Assembly: GCF_009914755.1 (NCBI RefSeq)
Contig: NC_060926.1
Length of the DNA: 64,000 nt
From: the human T2T-CHM13v2.0 reference genome, Homo sapiens
Direction: 5' to 3' (one strand)
In this document: positions 45,143-58,728 of the stretch, in pieces
How the letters are laid out: every line of letters starts with the position of its first letter
How positions within the stretch are numbered: the stretch's first letter is position 1
Made by a program: the position numbers and the translations under genes
Notes under the pieces: generated by a model
The model's input: only the letters and a program-made list of their open reading frames with translations
Databases searched by the model: none
Told to the model about the DNA's origin: nothing

Positions 45143-45890
45143 CCCTTAGTTTGGTTTCCCCAGAAGCAGACCTTGAGACAAGCATGTGCTTGTTTGGAGG
45201 TGATCTCAGGAAACACTAATAGGAAGGAAAAGGAAGGCAGGAAAGAAAGACAGCCAAAAAGGAGTGCACCGTGAGGCAAATGACCAACCTGGGCATTGGA
45301 GCTCGATCTTGCTGAGATGCTGTGGGTACCAGCACGGTACGCATAGCTCAGAATGTGGAGGAGCTGGGGTGTGGATGCACGATTTTCTGTTCCTGTTAGG
45401 AGGAATGCTTCAGAACAGCTGGGGTATGGATGCATGAGTCTCTGTTCAAGGGCTGCCTGGGGATGAACGGGGTTTTACCAAGCTGGAGTGACAGGACTCC
45501 AGCTGCCAGAGAATGTTCCCTGGCACAAAGATGAAATAATGGCATTTGGGCCAGGCGCGGTGGCTCACGACTGTAATCCCAGAACTTTGGGAGGCCGAGG
45601 CAGGTGAATCATGAGGTCAGAAGTTCAAGACCAGCCTGGCCAAGGTGGTGAGACCCTCATCTTTACTAAAAAATACAAAAATTAGCCAGGCGTGATGGTG
45701 GGTGCCTGTAATCTCAGCTATTCGGGAGGGTGAGGCAGAGAATTGCTTGAACTCAGGAGGCGGAGGTTGCAGTGACTGTCTCAAAAAAAGAAAAAAAAAA
45801 AAAGGAATAATGGCATTTGGAAGTCAGCCTGGTGCACTACAGTGGCAAAGCCTGATGCAGGGTGGGCACTGTACCACAGCATCAGCAACA
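45143..45890 (-). mobile_element. LTR16-like ERVL LTR, interrupted by an Alu
   Basis: ttagtttggtttccccagaagcagaccttgagacaag...tttggaggtgatctcaggaaacac. Confidence 0.65.
45549..45805 (+). mobile_element. AluSg-like with an internal deletion in the right arm
   Basis: ggttgcagtga joined directly to ctgtctcaaaa; TSD aataatggcatttg (45535-45548 and 45806-45819). Confidence 0.9.
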
Positions 45891-47190
45891 TTACCTAGAT
45901 GGTACCTGTAATGCTCCACTGCCACATTTTGGTAGTCAGCATAAAATACCTGGATTTTAAAAAATGCCTCCTTTGGCTGCATCCTTCCTCCATGATTTTT
46001 GTTTCTCTGTATGATGGGAGCATTGTTTAGGAGGAATGCTTCAGCATCTCCACTCCCCTTTGTGAGAACTTTCCCTGTCCCAGTCTTCTTCAAGAGCATC
46101 CCCGTGCTCTCAAGAACCCCACGCTTAATCTCTTTATATAGCATTGGACAAATCCATGCTGAAATGATAGCAATTGAGTGTGTTATCACTGCAGGCTGAG
46201 TTGCATTCTGAGAGGAGAATGAGGATCTAATGGCATTTCAGGCATCTGAGCCTTTGAGAGTGGCTGCCTGTTGTGGGGTGGGAGGGAGATGCCAGCTTCG
46301 ATTTTTTCTGGCTTTGATAACAGACATAAGCAACTGCAAATGGGTCGCCACCTACAGCTGTTCTGGAAGTAGTCCACATCTGGCTTCAACTTAAGGACAA
46401 GCAGTGCCTCTCTGAAGATTTGATTTGGCAGGTGAGCAATATGGATGATTAAATTAATACTTAGGACCTGGTGTTCTAAAGCAAATGCCTGGGAGGCAGA
46501 GCTCTATCCTTCCTGAGCCACTGAAGGTTGTGGGGAAAATAATTTAACACTTCAGTTCTTCATCAAGAGATTGGAAAAAATATGAACCACCACACAGGGG
46601 CATTGTAAGAATCAATTAAAATATAATTGTTTAATTTTCCCTACAATCACATAGGATGATTTCCTTGCTGGGGACCCTATGATGCTTTGTAAGAGGGAGG
46701 TACCATTTCTGCTCCTTGGTTGCTGCAAGCCTTAGAAACATGTAAACATATGAAGAAATGTATGGAAGAGACTGTGTCCCCTATTTCCTAAAGAGTAACA
46801 GCAACTTTACCCTTTCTGCATGTTTTATCTTAGCCTGAAATGTAAGATTATGGAATCTGACAAGGAACACCCTTTTAAATGCCATAAGTGTATCTGTCAA
46901 AATACTCGCATGGTTAGAAACATCTTACCCTATATAAGAAGTCTGAAATTTATTTAAAGATAAAGATTCTCTTTTAAATTCTCTTTATCTGCTACCTCTA
47001 ATGGCAGTCAAAAATGACATGGATTTTCACTTAAGAAATAGAATTCAAAGCCAATCAGTGAAACCAAGCCAGGACTTTCCCCAAATCTGGCTTAGCTTGA
47101 AAGAAAATATTTTTGGATAAACACCAAACATTTTATTGAATTTTCTTTTAATGTTAGACCAAGAATTAACACAAACAGGAAGATGGTTTT

Positions 47191-47250
47191 AGGTATATAC
47201 CTCCTAAAGCCAAAGTTTTGAGGTATATAGCTCCTAAAGCCAAAGTTTTG
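47191..47250 (+). repeat. 30-bp tandem duplication
   Basis: aggtatata(c/g)ctcctaaagccaaagttttg twice, 29/30 identical. Confidence 0.95.
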
Positions 47251-47285
47251 AATGATTCAGCAAACCATGGTTTTTATGCAGCATT

Positions 47286-47848
47286 TGTATCAGTTTTCCC
47301 CTGGAAAACTGTGCAGGGAAGTGTGGAGTGGCAAAAACAAGAGCTAACACAATGTCTTAAAACAGGTCTCTGCTAGGAATTTTAGTGGCAAGGATTGAGT
47401 CAGTGGCCAAAGAAAGAGTGAAGACAAAATTGCCACAAAACCGTTGGCTTAAAATAATAGAAATTTACTTCCTCCCAGTTTTCATGACCAGAAGCCCAAA
47501 ATCAAGCTTTTGGTAAGATGACCCCCTCTGAAGACCCTATTAGGGAGAATCTTCTCTTGCCCCTTTCAGCTTCTGGTGGCTCCAGGTATTCCTTGGTTTA
47601 GGCTGTATCACTCCTGTCTCTGCCTTAATCTTCACAAAGCATTCTGTATCTCTAGGTCTCTCTCCTCTGTGTGTCTCTTATGAAGTCATTGGATTTATGG
47701 CCCACCTGGATAATCTAGGGTGATTTCATCTTGCAATCCTTAATTCCATCTGCAAATGCCCTTTGCCCAAACTATGTCACAGTTATAGGTTCCAAGGGTT
47801 AGGACTTGAACATATCTTTTTAGGGACCATCATTCAATTCACTTCAGC
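47286..47848 (-). mobile_element. MLT1C-like MaLR LTR, terminus interrupted by an insertion at about 47300-47428
   Basis: tgtatcagttttcc...aaattgccacaaaac..tggcttaaaataatagaaattt...cagcttctggtggc...ggttaggacttgaacatatctttt. Confidence 0.8.
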
Positions 47849-48356
47849 ACTTTTTTTTTAGATATACTTCCCAGAATTAAAGTTGTAATAACAGTAGGCT
47901 ATATTGGAAAAGCAAACATCTTTCATTCTCTATTTATATTTTCCCTTTCCAGCATTTCTGCTCTCTGAAAAAAACATTACTAATCCACTTAAAGATTTGC
48001 AAATTCCTCTAAAGATTTCCAAATGCCCACTGTTCTCTGCTAGTGCAAGAAGCTTCCTCCACATGGCAGGGGACAGGGCTTCAAGAATTGAGGTCACCTT
48101 CTCATTTGGTCACCTCCACAACTGCAGAGATCAGAGGCCTCTGGTCACCTCCCACCCCTGGTCAGCTCCAGACAGACCTATCAGGTGTGAAGATCTTGAT
48201 TGGCAAGACCAAGGTCCTGGGACCATCTATCTCAGCCTGAGCGGGGAAGTGTGGAGTGGCAAAAACAAGAGCTAACACAATGTCTTAAAACAGGTCTCTG
48301 CTAGGAATTTTAGTGGCAAGGATTGAGTCAGTGGCCAAAGAAAGAGTGAAGACAAA
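47316..48356 (+). repeat. Perfect 113-bp direct duplication (47316-47428 and 48244-48356)
   Basis: Base-by-base identical, offset 928 bp. Confidence 0.97.
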
Positions 48357-48784
48357 GAATATTTCACCGGCTGACCAAAAAATCAAACTTCCAAAATGGG
48401 TGCATTTCTCTTTTCCACTATTGAGGTCCCTGTTTTCTTGGTATGTCTAGACAGCCTGATGAGTATTCTTTTTTGTGTGTGTGACAGTGGCCACTCCAGG
48501 CCACCCCAGACTGCCCTTTTCAAATGGAATAACTGTAATGCCACACAACCCTTTCGTGACTGGGTTGCCCAGGGAGCTTGTCTATACCAGAGTGGCTAAA
48601 ATTATGTCTTTATCAGCTTAACTGTAAATGTCAGAGTTGGCATGCTGCATTCTGGTTGCAGACCTCTGTGTCTTCTGACTTTTCCAAGGGAGGGCCAACA
48701 CCTGGTGAACTTTCAGGATTCATGCTTCTCATTCCCATTCAGGTTGAAAACTGATTGTTTTCCACAAACATCCTGGCACCCCCT

Positions 48785-48980
48785 ACTCTTCCCTCCTCTC
48801 TTACTATGTGGTCTCTGCACACACGAGCTCCCCTTCACCTTCCGCCATGAGTGGAAGCAGCTTGAAGCTCTCACCAGAAGCAGATGCTGGTGCCTTGCTT
48901 CTTGTACAGTCTGTAGAACCATTAGTCAAATAAACCTCTTTTCTTTATAAATTACCCACCCTAAGGTAATCCTTTATAGC
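48785..48980 (+). mobile_element. MST-family MaLR LTR, 3' part
   Basis: ccttccgccatgagtggaagcagc...cagaagcagatgctgg...aataaacctcttttctttataaattaccc. Confidence 0.82.
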
Positions 48981-49649
48981 AACACAGATGCACTAAGATG
49001 GAAGTCTTCCTTGTCCCATCAAATATGGCTAAGAGTTTGGGTTCACACTTTACAAAAATGGCTGCTACGAGTCAACTCCTGATCTGAGGAAAATGATGGG
49101 CAGGTTGTTTTTTGTGGGATGGGCAGATACCTTAAAAAATGTCTGCTGGGGTAGAGGTTCCAAGATGGCTGAATAGGAAGAGCTCCAGTCTGCAGTTACC
49201 AGCATGAGTGACATAGAAGATGGGTGATTTCTGCATTTCCAACTGAGCTTTGAAGAGAGTAGTGGTTCCCCCAGCACAGAGTCTGAGATCTGAGAATGGA
49301 CCGTCTGCCTCAAGTGGGTCCCTGACTCCCGAGTAGCCTAACTGGGAGACACCTTCCAGTAGGGGCCAACTGACACCTCATACAGCTGTGTGCCCCTCTG
49401 AGACGAAGATTCCAGAGGAAGGATCAGGCAGCAACATCTGCTGTTCTGCAATATTTGCTGTTCTGCAGCCTCCGCTGATGATACCCAGGCAAACAGGGTC
49501 TGGAGTGGACCTCCAGCAAACTCCAACAAAACTGCAGCTGAGGGTCCTAACTGTTAGAAGGAAAACTAACAAACAGAAAGGACATCCACACCAAAACCCC
49601 ATCTGTACCTCACCATCATCAAAGACCAAAGGTAGATAAAACCACAAAG

Positions 49650-50675
49650 ATGGAGAGAAACCAGAGCAGAAAAGCTGAAAATTCTAAAAATCAGAGTGCC
49701 TCTTCTCCTCCAAAGGAATGCAGCTTCTTGCCAGCAATGGAACAAAGCTGGACGGAGAATGACTTTGACGAATTGAGACAAGAAGGCTTCAGACGAACGT
49801 TAATAACAAACTTCTCCTAGCTAAAGGAGGATATTTGAACCCATCGCAAAGAAGCTAAAAACCTTGAAAAAAGATTAGACAAATGGCTAACTAGAATAAA
49901 CAGTGTAGAGAAGTCCTTATATGACCTGATGGAGCTGAAAACCATGGCATGAGAACTATGTGACGCATGCACAAGCTTCAGTAGCTGATTTGATCAAGTG
50001 GAAGAAAGAGTATCAGTGATTGAAGATCAAATGAAAGAAATGAAGTGAGAAGAGAAATTTAGAGAAAAGAGAGTAAAAAGAAATGAACAAAGCCTCCAAG
50101 AAATATGAGACTGTGTGAAAAGACCAAATCTATGTCTGATTGGTGTACCTGAAAGTGACGGGGAGAATGGAACCAAGTTGGAAAACACTCTGCAGGATAT
50201 TATCCAGGAGAACTTCCCCAGTCTAGCAGGGCAGGCCAACATTCAAATTCAGGAAATACAGAGAATGCCACAAAGATACTCCTTGAGAAGAGCAACTCCA
50301 AGACACATAATTGTCAGATTCACCAAAGTTGAAATGAAGGAAAAAATGTTAAGGGCAGCTGGACAGAAAGGTCTGGTTACCCACAAAGGGAAGCCCATCA
50401 GACTAACAGCAGATATCTCGGCAGAAACTCTACAAGCCAGAAGACAGTGGGGGCCAATATTTAACATTCTTAGAGAAAATAATTTTCAACCCAGAATTTC
50501 ATATTCAGCCAAACTAAGCTTCATAAGTGAAGGAGAAATAAAATCCTTTACAGACAAGCAAATGCTGAGAGATTTTGTCACCACCAGGCCTGCCTTACAA
50601 GAGCTCCTGAAGGAAGCACTAAACATGGAAAGAAAAAGCCAGTACCAGCCACTGCAAAAACATGCCAAATTGTAA
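49650..50675 (+). pseudogene. L1 ORF1p, disrupted
   Basis: ATG at 49650; in-frame stops in the coiled coil; C-terminal 186-aa RRM/CTD segment open to QKHAKL*. Confidence 0.92.
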
Positions 50676-50738
50676 AGACCATCAATGCTAGGAAGAAACT
50701 ACATCGATTAACAAGCAAAATAACCAGCTAACATCATA

Positions 50739-52837
<2,099 letters not shown>

Positions 52838-53574
52838 AACCTAAATGCAATGGGTGTAACTGAATCCCAGGGTGGCAAGGGCCAAGTGGGGGCTGCACTC
52901 AACCATCAAAGGCAAGGTGAGCATGATTAAGGCAACGGACAGTAGAGTCAAGGCAGCAAGCAGAAGGGTTTGACTACTGCAGACTTAGGGCATGGGCTAG
53001 CTGATGATGGTGTTCCTAGAACCAAAATAGATAGCAAGCCTACTAAATGTTTACTTGATCTGTATAAGCAGAAAGTTCTAGGTCAAGTGAACAAAAGTCT
53101 AACCTAAACTATAAAAATAGAAGTCACTCAATTGATTACAGACTTGAGTCAGTTTACAGACCTAGAACCTCTTGGATGAAGGGGAGGCTGCGTTGCATCC
53201 TGTTGAGGAAGGACCCTTATATACCACCAAACATTTATATTGTTAATCTTTCTCCTATCTTTCTTTCAGTTTTTTATTAGGGTAACAGTGCATTGGCGAA
53301 AAGGAAATAATCAGTTATTTTGGGAGCTGCTGGACCCTGGCTCTGAACTGACACTAATTCTAGGAGACCCAAGCATCACTATGGTCTATCATTCAGAGCA
53401 GGGGCTTACGGAGGTCAGGGGATCAATGCAGTTTTAGCTCAGATATATTTCAGCGTAGGCCCAATGGGTCCCCAAATTCATCTTGTGGTTATTTCACCAG
53501 TTCTGGAAAGCATGATTTGAATACATTTAATCAGCAGCTGGCAGAATCCCCACATTGGTTCCCTGAGCTATGGT

Positions 53575-54006
53575 GTGAGGGTTATTACGATGGAAAAGGC
53601 CAAGTGGAAGCCACTAAAACAACCTCTGCCTAGAGAAATAGTAAACCAAAAGCAATATCACATTCCTGGAGGGTCTGTGGAGATTAGTGCCACCATCAAG
53701 GACTTGAAAGATGCAGGGGTGGTGATTTCCACCACATCCCCATGTAATTCTCCTATTTGGCCTATGCAGAAGACAGATGGATCTTGGAGAATGACAGTGG
53801 ATTATTGTAAGCTTAACCAGGTGGTGACTCCAATTGCAGCTGCTACGCCAGATGTGGTTACATTGTTTGAGCAAATTAACACATTTCCTGGTGCCGGATA
53901 TGTAGCTATTGATCTGGCAAATCCCTTTTTCTTCATCCCTGTCCATAAGATCCACCATAAGCAGTTAGCCTTAGGGGTTTATCAGCTCGCTAGCCCTGTG
54001 TCATAA
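53575..54006 (+). pseudogene. ERV-L reverse transcriptase N-terminal remnant
   Basis: 143-aa ORF with class III retroviral RT motifs. Confidence 0.88.
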
Positions 54007-54281
54007 GTTAGTTCACAGAGATTATGATCACCTTTCCCTTCCCTGAGATATAACATTGTTCATGACATTGATGACATTATGCTGACTGGACCTAGTGAGC
54101 AAGAAGTAGCAACTACTCTAGACAAATTGGTGAGATATTTGCATGCTGAAGGATGCAAAATAAATCTGATAAAAATTCAGAGGGCTTCTACCTCAGTGAA
54201 ATTTCTGGAGGTCCAGTGGTGTGGGGCACCTTGAGATATCCCCTCTAAGGTAAATGATAAGTTGTTGCATCTGGCCCCTCT

Positions 54282-54284
<3 letters not shown>

Positions 54285-54337
<53 letters not shown>
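54285..54337. repeat. (AC)n microsatellite inside ERV-L pol
   Basis: Directly visible, about 26 units. Confidence 0.95.
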
Positions 54338-54341
<4 letters not shown>

Positions 54342-56579
54342 ATAGGCACAAAGCCTAGGGAGCCTCTTGGGATTTTGAAAGCAATGTAATTCTCATTTAG
54401 ATATGTTGCTGTGGCCCTTTTATTGAGTGAACCAGAAAGCTGCTAGTGTTTGCTAGTGGGTCACTAGGGGTAATGGTGAGCGGTGGGACCCAGAACAGAA
54501 GAAAGCTGTACAACAGGTCCAGGCTGCTGTACAAGTTGCTCTACTGCTTGGGCCATATGATCCAGCAGATCCAGTGGTGGTTGAAGCATCAGTAGCAGAT
54601 AGGCAGGCTGTTTGGCACCTTTGGCAGGTCCCTAAAGGTGAATCACAGTGCACAGATAACTATTCTTCTATTGAGAAGCAGCTCTTGGCTTGCTACTGGG
54701 CCTTAGTGGAGACTGAACATTTAACCATTGACCATGGAGTTACTATGGGACATGTCCTGCCCATCATGAACCAGTGCAATCTGATCCACTAAGCCATTAA
54801 GTTTGACAGGCACAGCAACAGTCAAATAGAAGTGGTATATATAAGGCTGAACTCAAGCAGGCCCTGAAGGCACAGGTAATTTACATGAAAAAGTAGCCCA
54901 AGTACCCATGGCCCCACTCCTGCTATACTGCCCTCACTCTCCTAACCTGCATCTATGGCCTCATGGGAGTTCTTTTGGATCCATTTGCAGAGGAAGAGAG
55001 GACTCAGGCTTGGTTTACAGATGGGGCTTCACAACATACGGGCACCAACTGGAAGTGGAAAACTGTAGCACTACAGCCTGTCTCTGGGACGTTCCTGAAC
55101 AGTGGTGAAGGAAAATTCTCCCAGTGGGCAGAACTTTGAGCAGTGCGCCTGATTGCTCACTTTGCTTGGAAAGAGAAAGAACCAAAAGTACAATTATGTG
55201 CTAATTCATGGGCTGTGGCCAGTGGTTTGGCTGGATGGTCAAGAATTTGGAAAGAACGTGATTAGAAAACTTGGCAACAAAGAAATTTCAAAAAGAGCTA
55301 TATGGATAGATGTCTCTGAATTTGGCAAAAATATGGAGACATTTGCGTGCCATGACTTCAGCCGAGGATTTTAATAAAGTGGATAGGACAACCCATTCTG
55401 TGGATACCAGTCAGCCTCTTTCTCCAGCCACTCTAGTCATCACTCAATGAGCTCATGAAAAAAGTGGCCATGGTGGCAGGGGTGGAGATGATGCATGGAC
55501 TCAGCGACATGGACTTTCATTTACCAAGGCCAGTCTGGCTATGGCCACCACTGAGTGCCCAATCTGCCAGCAAAAGTGATCACACTGAGTCCCTCACATG
55601 GCACCATTCCTTGGGGTGATCAGCCACATACTTGGTGGTGGATTGATTACGTTGGACCATTTCATCATGTAAGGGGCAGCAATTTGCCCTTATTGGATTC
55701 AATATTTATTCTGGATAAAGATTTGCCTTCCTTGTATGCACTGCTTTGGCCAAAACTACCATCCGTGGACTTACAAAATGCCGTATCTGCTGTCATGGTA
55801 TTCCACCCAGCATTGCTTCTGATAAATGACTGAGTTCACAGCAAAAGAAGTGTAGTGATGGGCCCAAGCTCATGGAATCTACCAGTCTCACCATGTTCTC
55901 TGCCATCCTGAAACAGCTGGTTTGATAGCATGTTGGCATGGCCTTTTGAAGACTCAGTATGGTGCCAGCAAGGTGGCAATGCCTTGCAGGGCTGGAGCAA
56001 TATTGTCCAGGAGGCTGTGTATGCTCTGAATCGGCAACAATGTATCATCCTGTTTCTCTCATATCCAAGATTCACAGGTCTAGAAATCAAGGGACAGAAA
56101 TGGGAGTAGCACCACTCGCCATTACCCCTAGTAACCCACTAGCAAAATTTTTGCCTTCTCTCCTCATGACTTTATTCTCTGCTGATCTAGAGAACTTATT
56201 TCCAAAGGAAGAAATCCTTCCACCAGGAAACACAAAAATGATTCCACTGAACTGGAAGTTGACTGCCAGCCAGCCACTTTGGACTCCTTATACCTCTCAA
56301 TTAGCAGGCAAAGAAGAAAGTTACTGCGCTCACAGGAGGGACTGATCCTGACTACTCCACAGTGGAGGTTAGGAAGAACATGTCTGGAGTTCAGGAGATC
56401 CCCTAGGGCATCTCTGAGTATCGCAATGCCTTGTGATTAAAATCAGTAGGAATTGACAATAGCCCAATTCAGAATCCGAATGGACCAGACTTTTCAGGAG
56501 TGAAGGTTTGAGTCACCCCACCAGCTAAAGCACCATGGCCAGCTGAGGTGCTTGCTGAAGGTAAAGAGAATATGAAATG

Positions 56580-56806
56580 CCAGTCTGAGCAACACAGTGA
56601 GATCCTGGCTCTACAAAAACTACAAAAATTAGCCAGGCATGGTGGTGTGTGCCTGTAATCCCAGCTACTCAGGAGGCTGAAGTGGGGGGAACATTTGAAC
56701 CCAGGAGGTAGAGGTTGCAGTGAGCCGCGATCATGCTACTCCACTCTAGCCTGGGTGACAGAGGAAAACCCTGTCTCAAAAAAAAAAAAAAAAGAGAGAG
56801 AGAGAG
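56580..56806 (+). mobile_element. 5'-truncated AluJ inside ERV-L
   Basis: Perfect 17-bp TSD aaagagaatatgaaatg (56563-56579 and 56807-56823); A/(AG)n tail. Confidence 0.9.
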
Positions 56807-56929
56807 AAAGAGAATATGAAATGAATAGTGGAAGAATGTGGTATGAATACCATCTATGTATAAGTAATCTTTTACAAAAATGAGGACTGTAATTTTTATG
56901 AGTAGGTTCTCTGTATTTTGTTATAAATG

Positions 56930-56960
<31 letters not shown>

Positions 56961-56963
56961 ATA

Positions 56964-57259
56964 CAGTCATGTGTTGTTTAATGAGGGAGTATGTTCTGAG
57001 AAATGCATTGTTGGGCAATTTTGTCATTGTGTGAACATCATAGAGTGAACTTAGACACATGTAGATGGTACAGCCTGTTATACACCTAGGCTACGTGGTA
57101 TAGTCTATTGCTCCCATGCTACAAACCTGTACAGCATGTTACTGTACTAAATACTGTAGGCAACTGTAACACAATGGGAAGTATATGGTAATCTTATGGG
57201 ACCATCATTATATGTGTGGCTCATCACTGACTGAAACAGAATTATGTGGCACATGAGTA
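56964..57259 (+). mobile_element. Tigger3a-like MITE inside the ERV-L 3' region, next to (TG)n at 56928-56960
   Basis: ta|cagtcatgtg...ttctgagaaatgcattg...taatcttatgggaccatc...gtggcacatga. Confidence 0.87.
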
Positions 57260-57544
57260 TATACATATACATACATATATAACAAATACCTTTGTTTTCT
57301 CCCCTCTCTTTTCCCCTTATCCGGTAACATAAGTTGTATTGGCTTTTTATCATAGTATATAAGTTATAAGATATCGAGAAGAGTAAACATCATCAAGAAC
57401 ATCAAAAAAGGACTTTTAATCCTTTTTGAGGAAAGCAGTTAGTGCACTCAGGGTAGGTTGAAGTATGACCGTTTTTGTGTTTATTAGGAGGTTACGTGCG
57501 GTTTAAAGAGATGCATGTGAGTGCCAAGTTGACAAGTTTAGACT

Positions 57545-57905
57545 TGTAGTGGATAATTTTCTGTGTCAACTTGGAGGGTGTTTTTGGATGAGGTTAATAC
57601 TTAAATAAGTGAACTTTAAATAACCAAATTGTCCTCCACAATGTGTGTCAGTCTTATCCAATCAGTTGGAGGCTTGAATAGAAAAATAAAAAGATACCTC
57701 CCCCTCCCCCCAGCAAGGGGAAATTCTCTATCAGATTGCCTTCAGACTGGAAGCTCATCATTGGCTCCTCTGAGTTTCCACCGTATTGGCCCAGACTGCA
57801 TATGTTGTAACCCCCTGCCTTCATAATCATGTAAGGCAATTCTTTCTAATAAGTCTCGATGCACATCCCCATTTTTCTGTTTCACTGGAGAATCCTGACT
57901 AATAG
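57545..57905 (+). mobile_element. MLT2C/D-like 3' LTR of the ERV-L
   Basis: tgtagtggataattttctgtgtcaacttg...ccaatcagttggaggcttgaataga...ctggagaatcctgactaata. Confidence 0.85.
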
Positions 57906-57954
57906 GCCAGATGACTCGAACGTCAGGAGAAATTTAATAGTCAATAGTTGAAAA

Positions 57955-58064
57955 CAATTATGGTCAGTCCATTCTTCTTACCAGAGATGGCTGTAGGAAT
58001 GCAAATATATTTCTGCCCATTCCTACAGCAATCACGGATAAGAGAAATAGAATAACGATAATTG
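57955..58064. repeat. Imperfect inverted repeat (47-bp arms, 16-nt loop)
   Basis: 57955-58001 versus the reverse complement of 58018-58064: 37/47, ungapped; inner 12 bp perfect. Confidence 0.88.
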
Positions 58065-58393
58065 CAAAATTTAAAACTATAAAACTTCTGAAAGATAACA
58101 GGAGAAAATCGAGGTGGCCTTGCGTTTCTTGTTGACTTTTTAGATACAACACCAAAAGCATGATATGTGAAATTTAAAAAAATGAATAAGTTGGATTTGA
58201 TTAAAATGAAAAAGTTTAGCTCTGTGAAAGACACTGTAAAGAGAATGAGAAGACATCCATGGCCTGGGAGAAAATCTCTGCAAAACACATATCAGATGAA
58301 GGATGGGTATCCAAAATATTCATAGAACTCTTAAAACTCAGCAATAAAAGAACAAACAACCCAACTTTTAAATGGGCCTAACATCTGAACAGA
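58065..58393 (+). mobile_element. Old L1M ORF2 fragment
   Basis: aaaactataaaacttctg...ttagatacaacaccaaaagca...ctgggagaaaat...aactcttaaaactca. Confidence 0.78.
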
Positions 58394-58439
58394 ATTCAAT
58401 ACTGATAGTAGCGGTGCTGGGACTCTCTAAAAAGCATTC

Positions 58440-58728
58440 CTTCATTATTAAAAGGTGGCATGAAGAAGGACCATTCTCTTTCTAGGTCTTGGATGTTGCT
58501 ATGTGAAGATAGGATGCTTCACCTTGCTTCAGCCTTCTTGCAGCCGTGGAAGGGACAAGTGAGGTGGTAAAAGTCAAATAGCAGAACAAGAAGTGGAGGA
58601 AACCTGAGTCCTTGGGGCAGTTGTGATTCTCAGCCAATTGTCAAACTTCTTTGCACCTGGACTTCTCATTTTATGGCATAGTAAATCTGTTTATTGTTTA
58701 AGCTAAATGGCTCAAAGCATTCTGACTC
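58440..58728 (+). mobile_element. MLT1J/K-like LTR fragment
   Basis: ggaaacctgagtccttg...cctggacttctc...ttattgtttaagc. Confidence 0.55.

Larger units (their letters stand above)
52838..57544 (+). mobile_element. ERV-L internal region (gag end, pro, RT, RNase H, IN, dUTPase), decayed
   Basis: Protease ELLDPGSELTLI (about 53322); RT NSPIWPMQKTDGSWRMTVDY and DLANPFF; RNase H EKQLLACYWALVETE; IN WWIDYVGP; dUTPase PGNTKMIPLNWKL; PPT-like gccaagttgacaag before the LTR. Confidence 0.9.
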
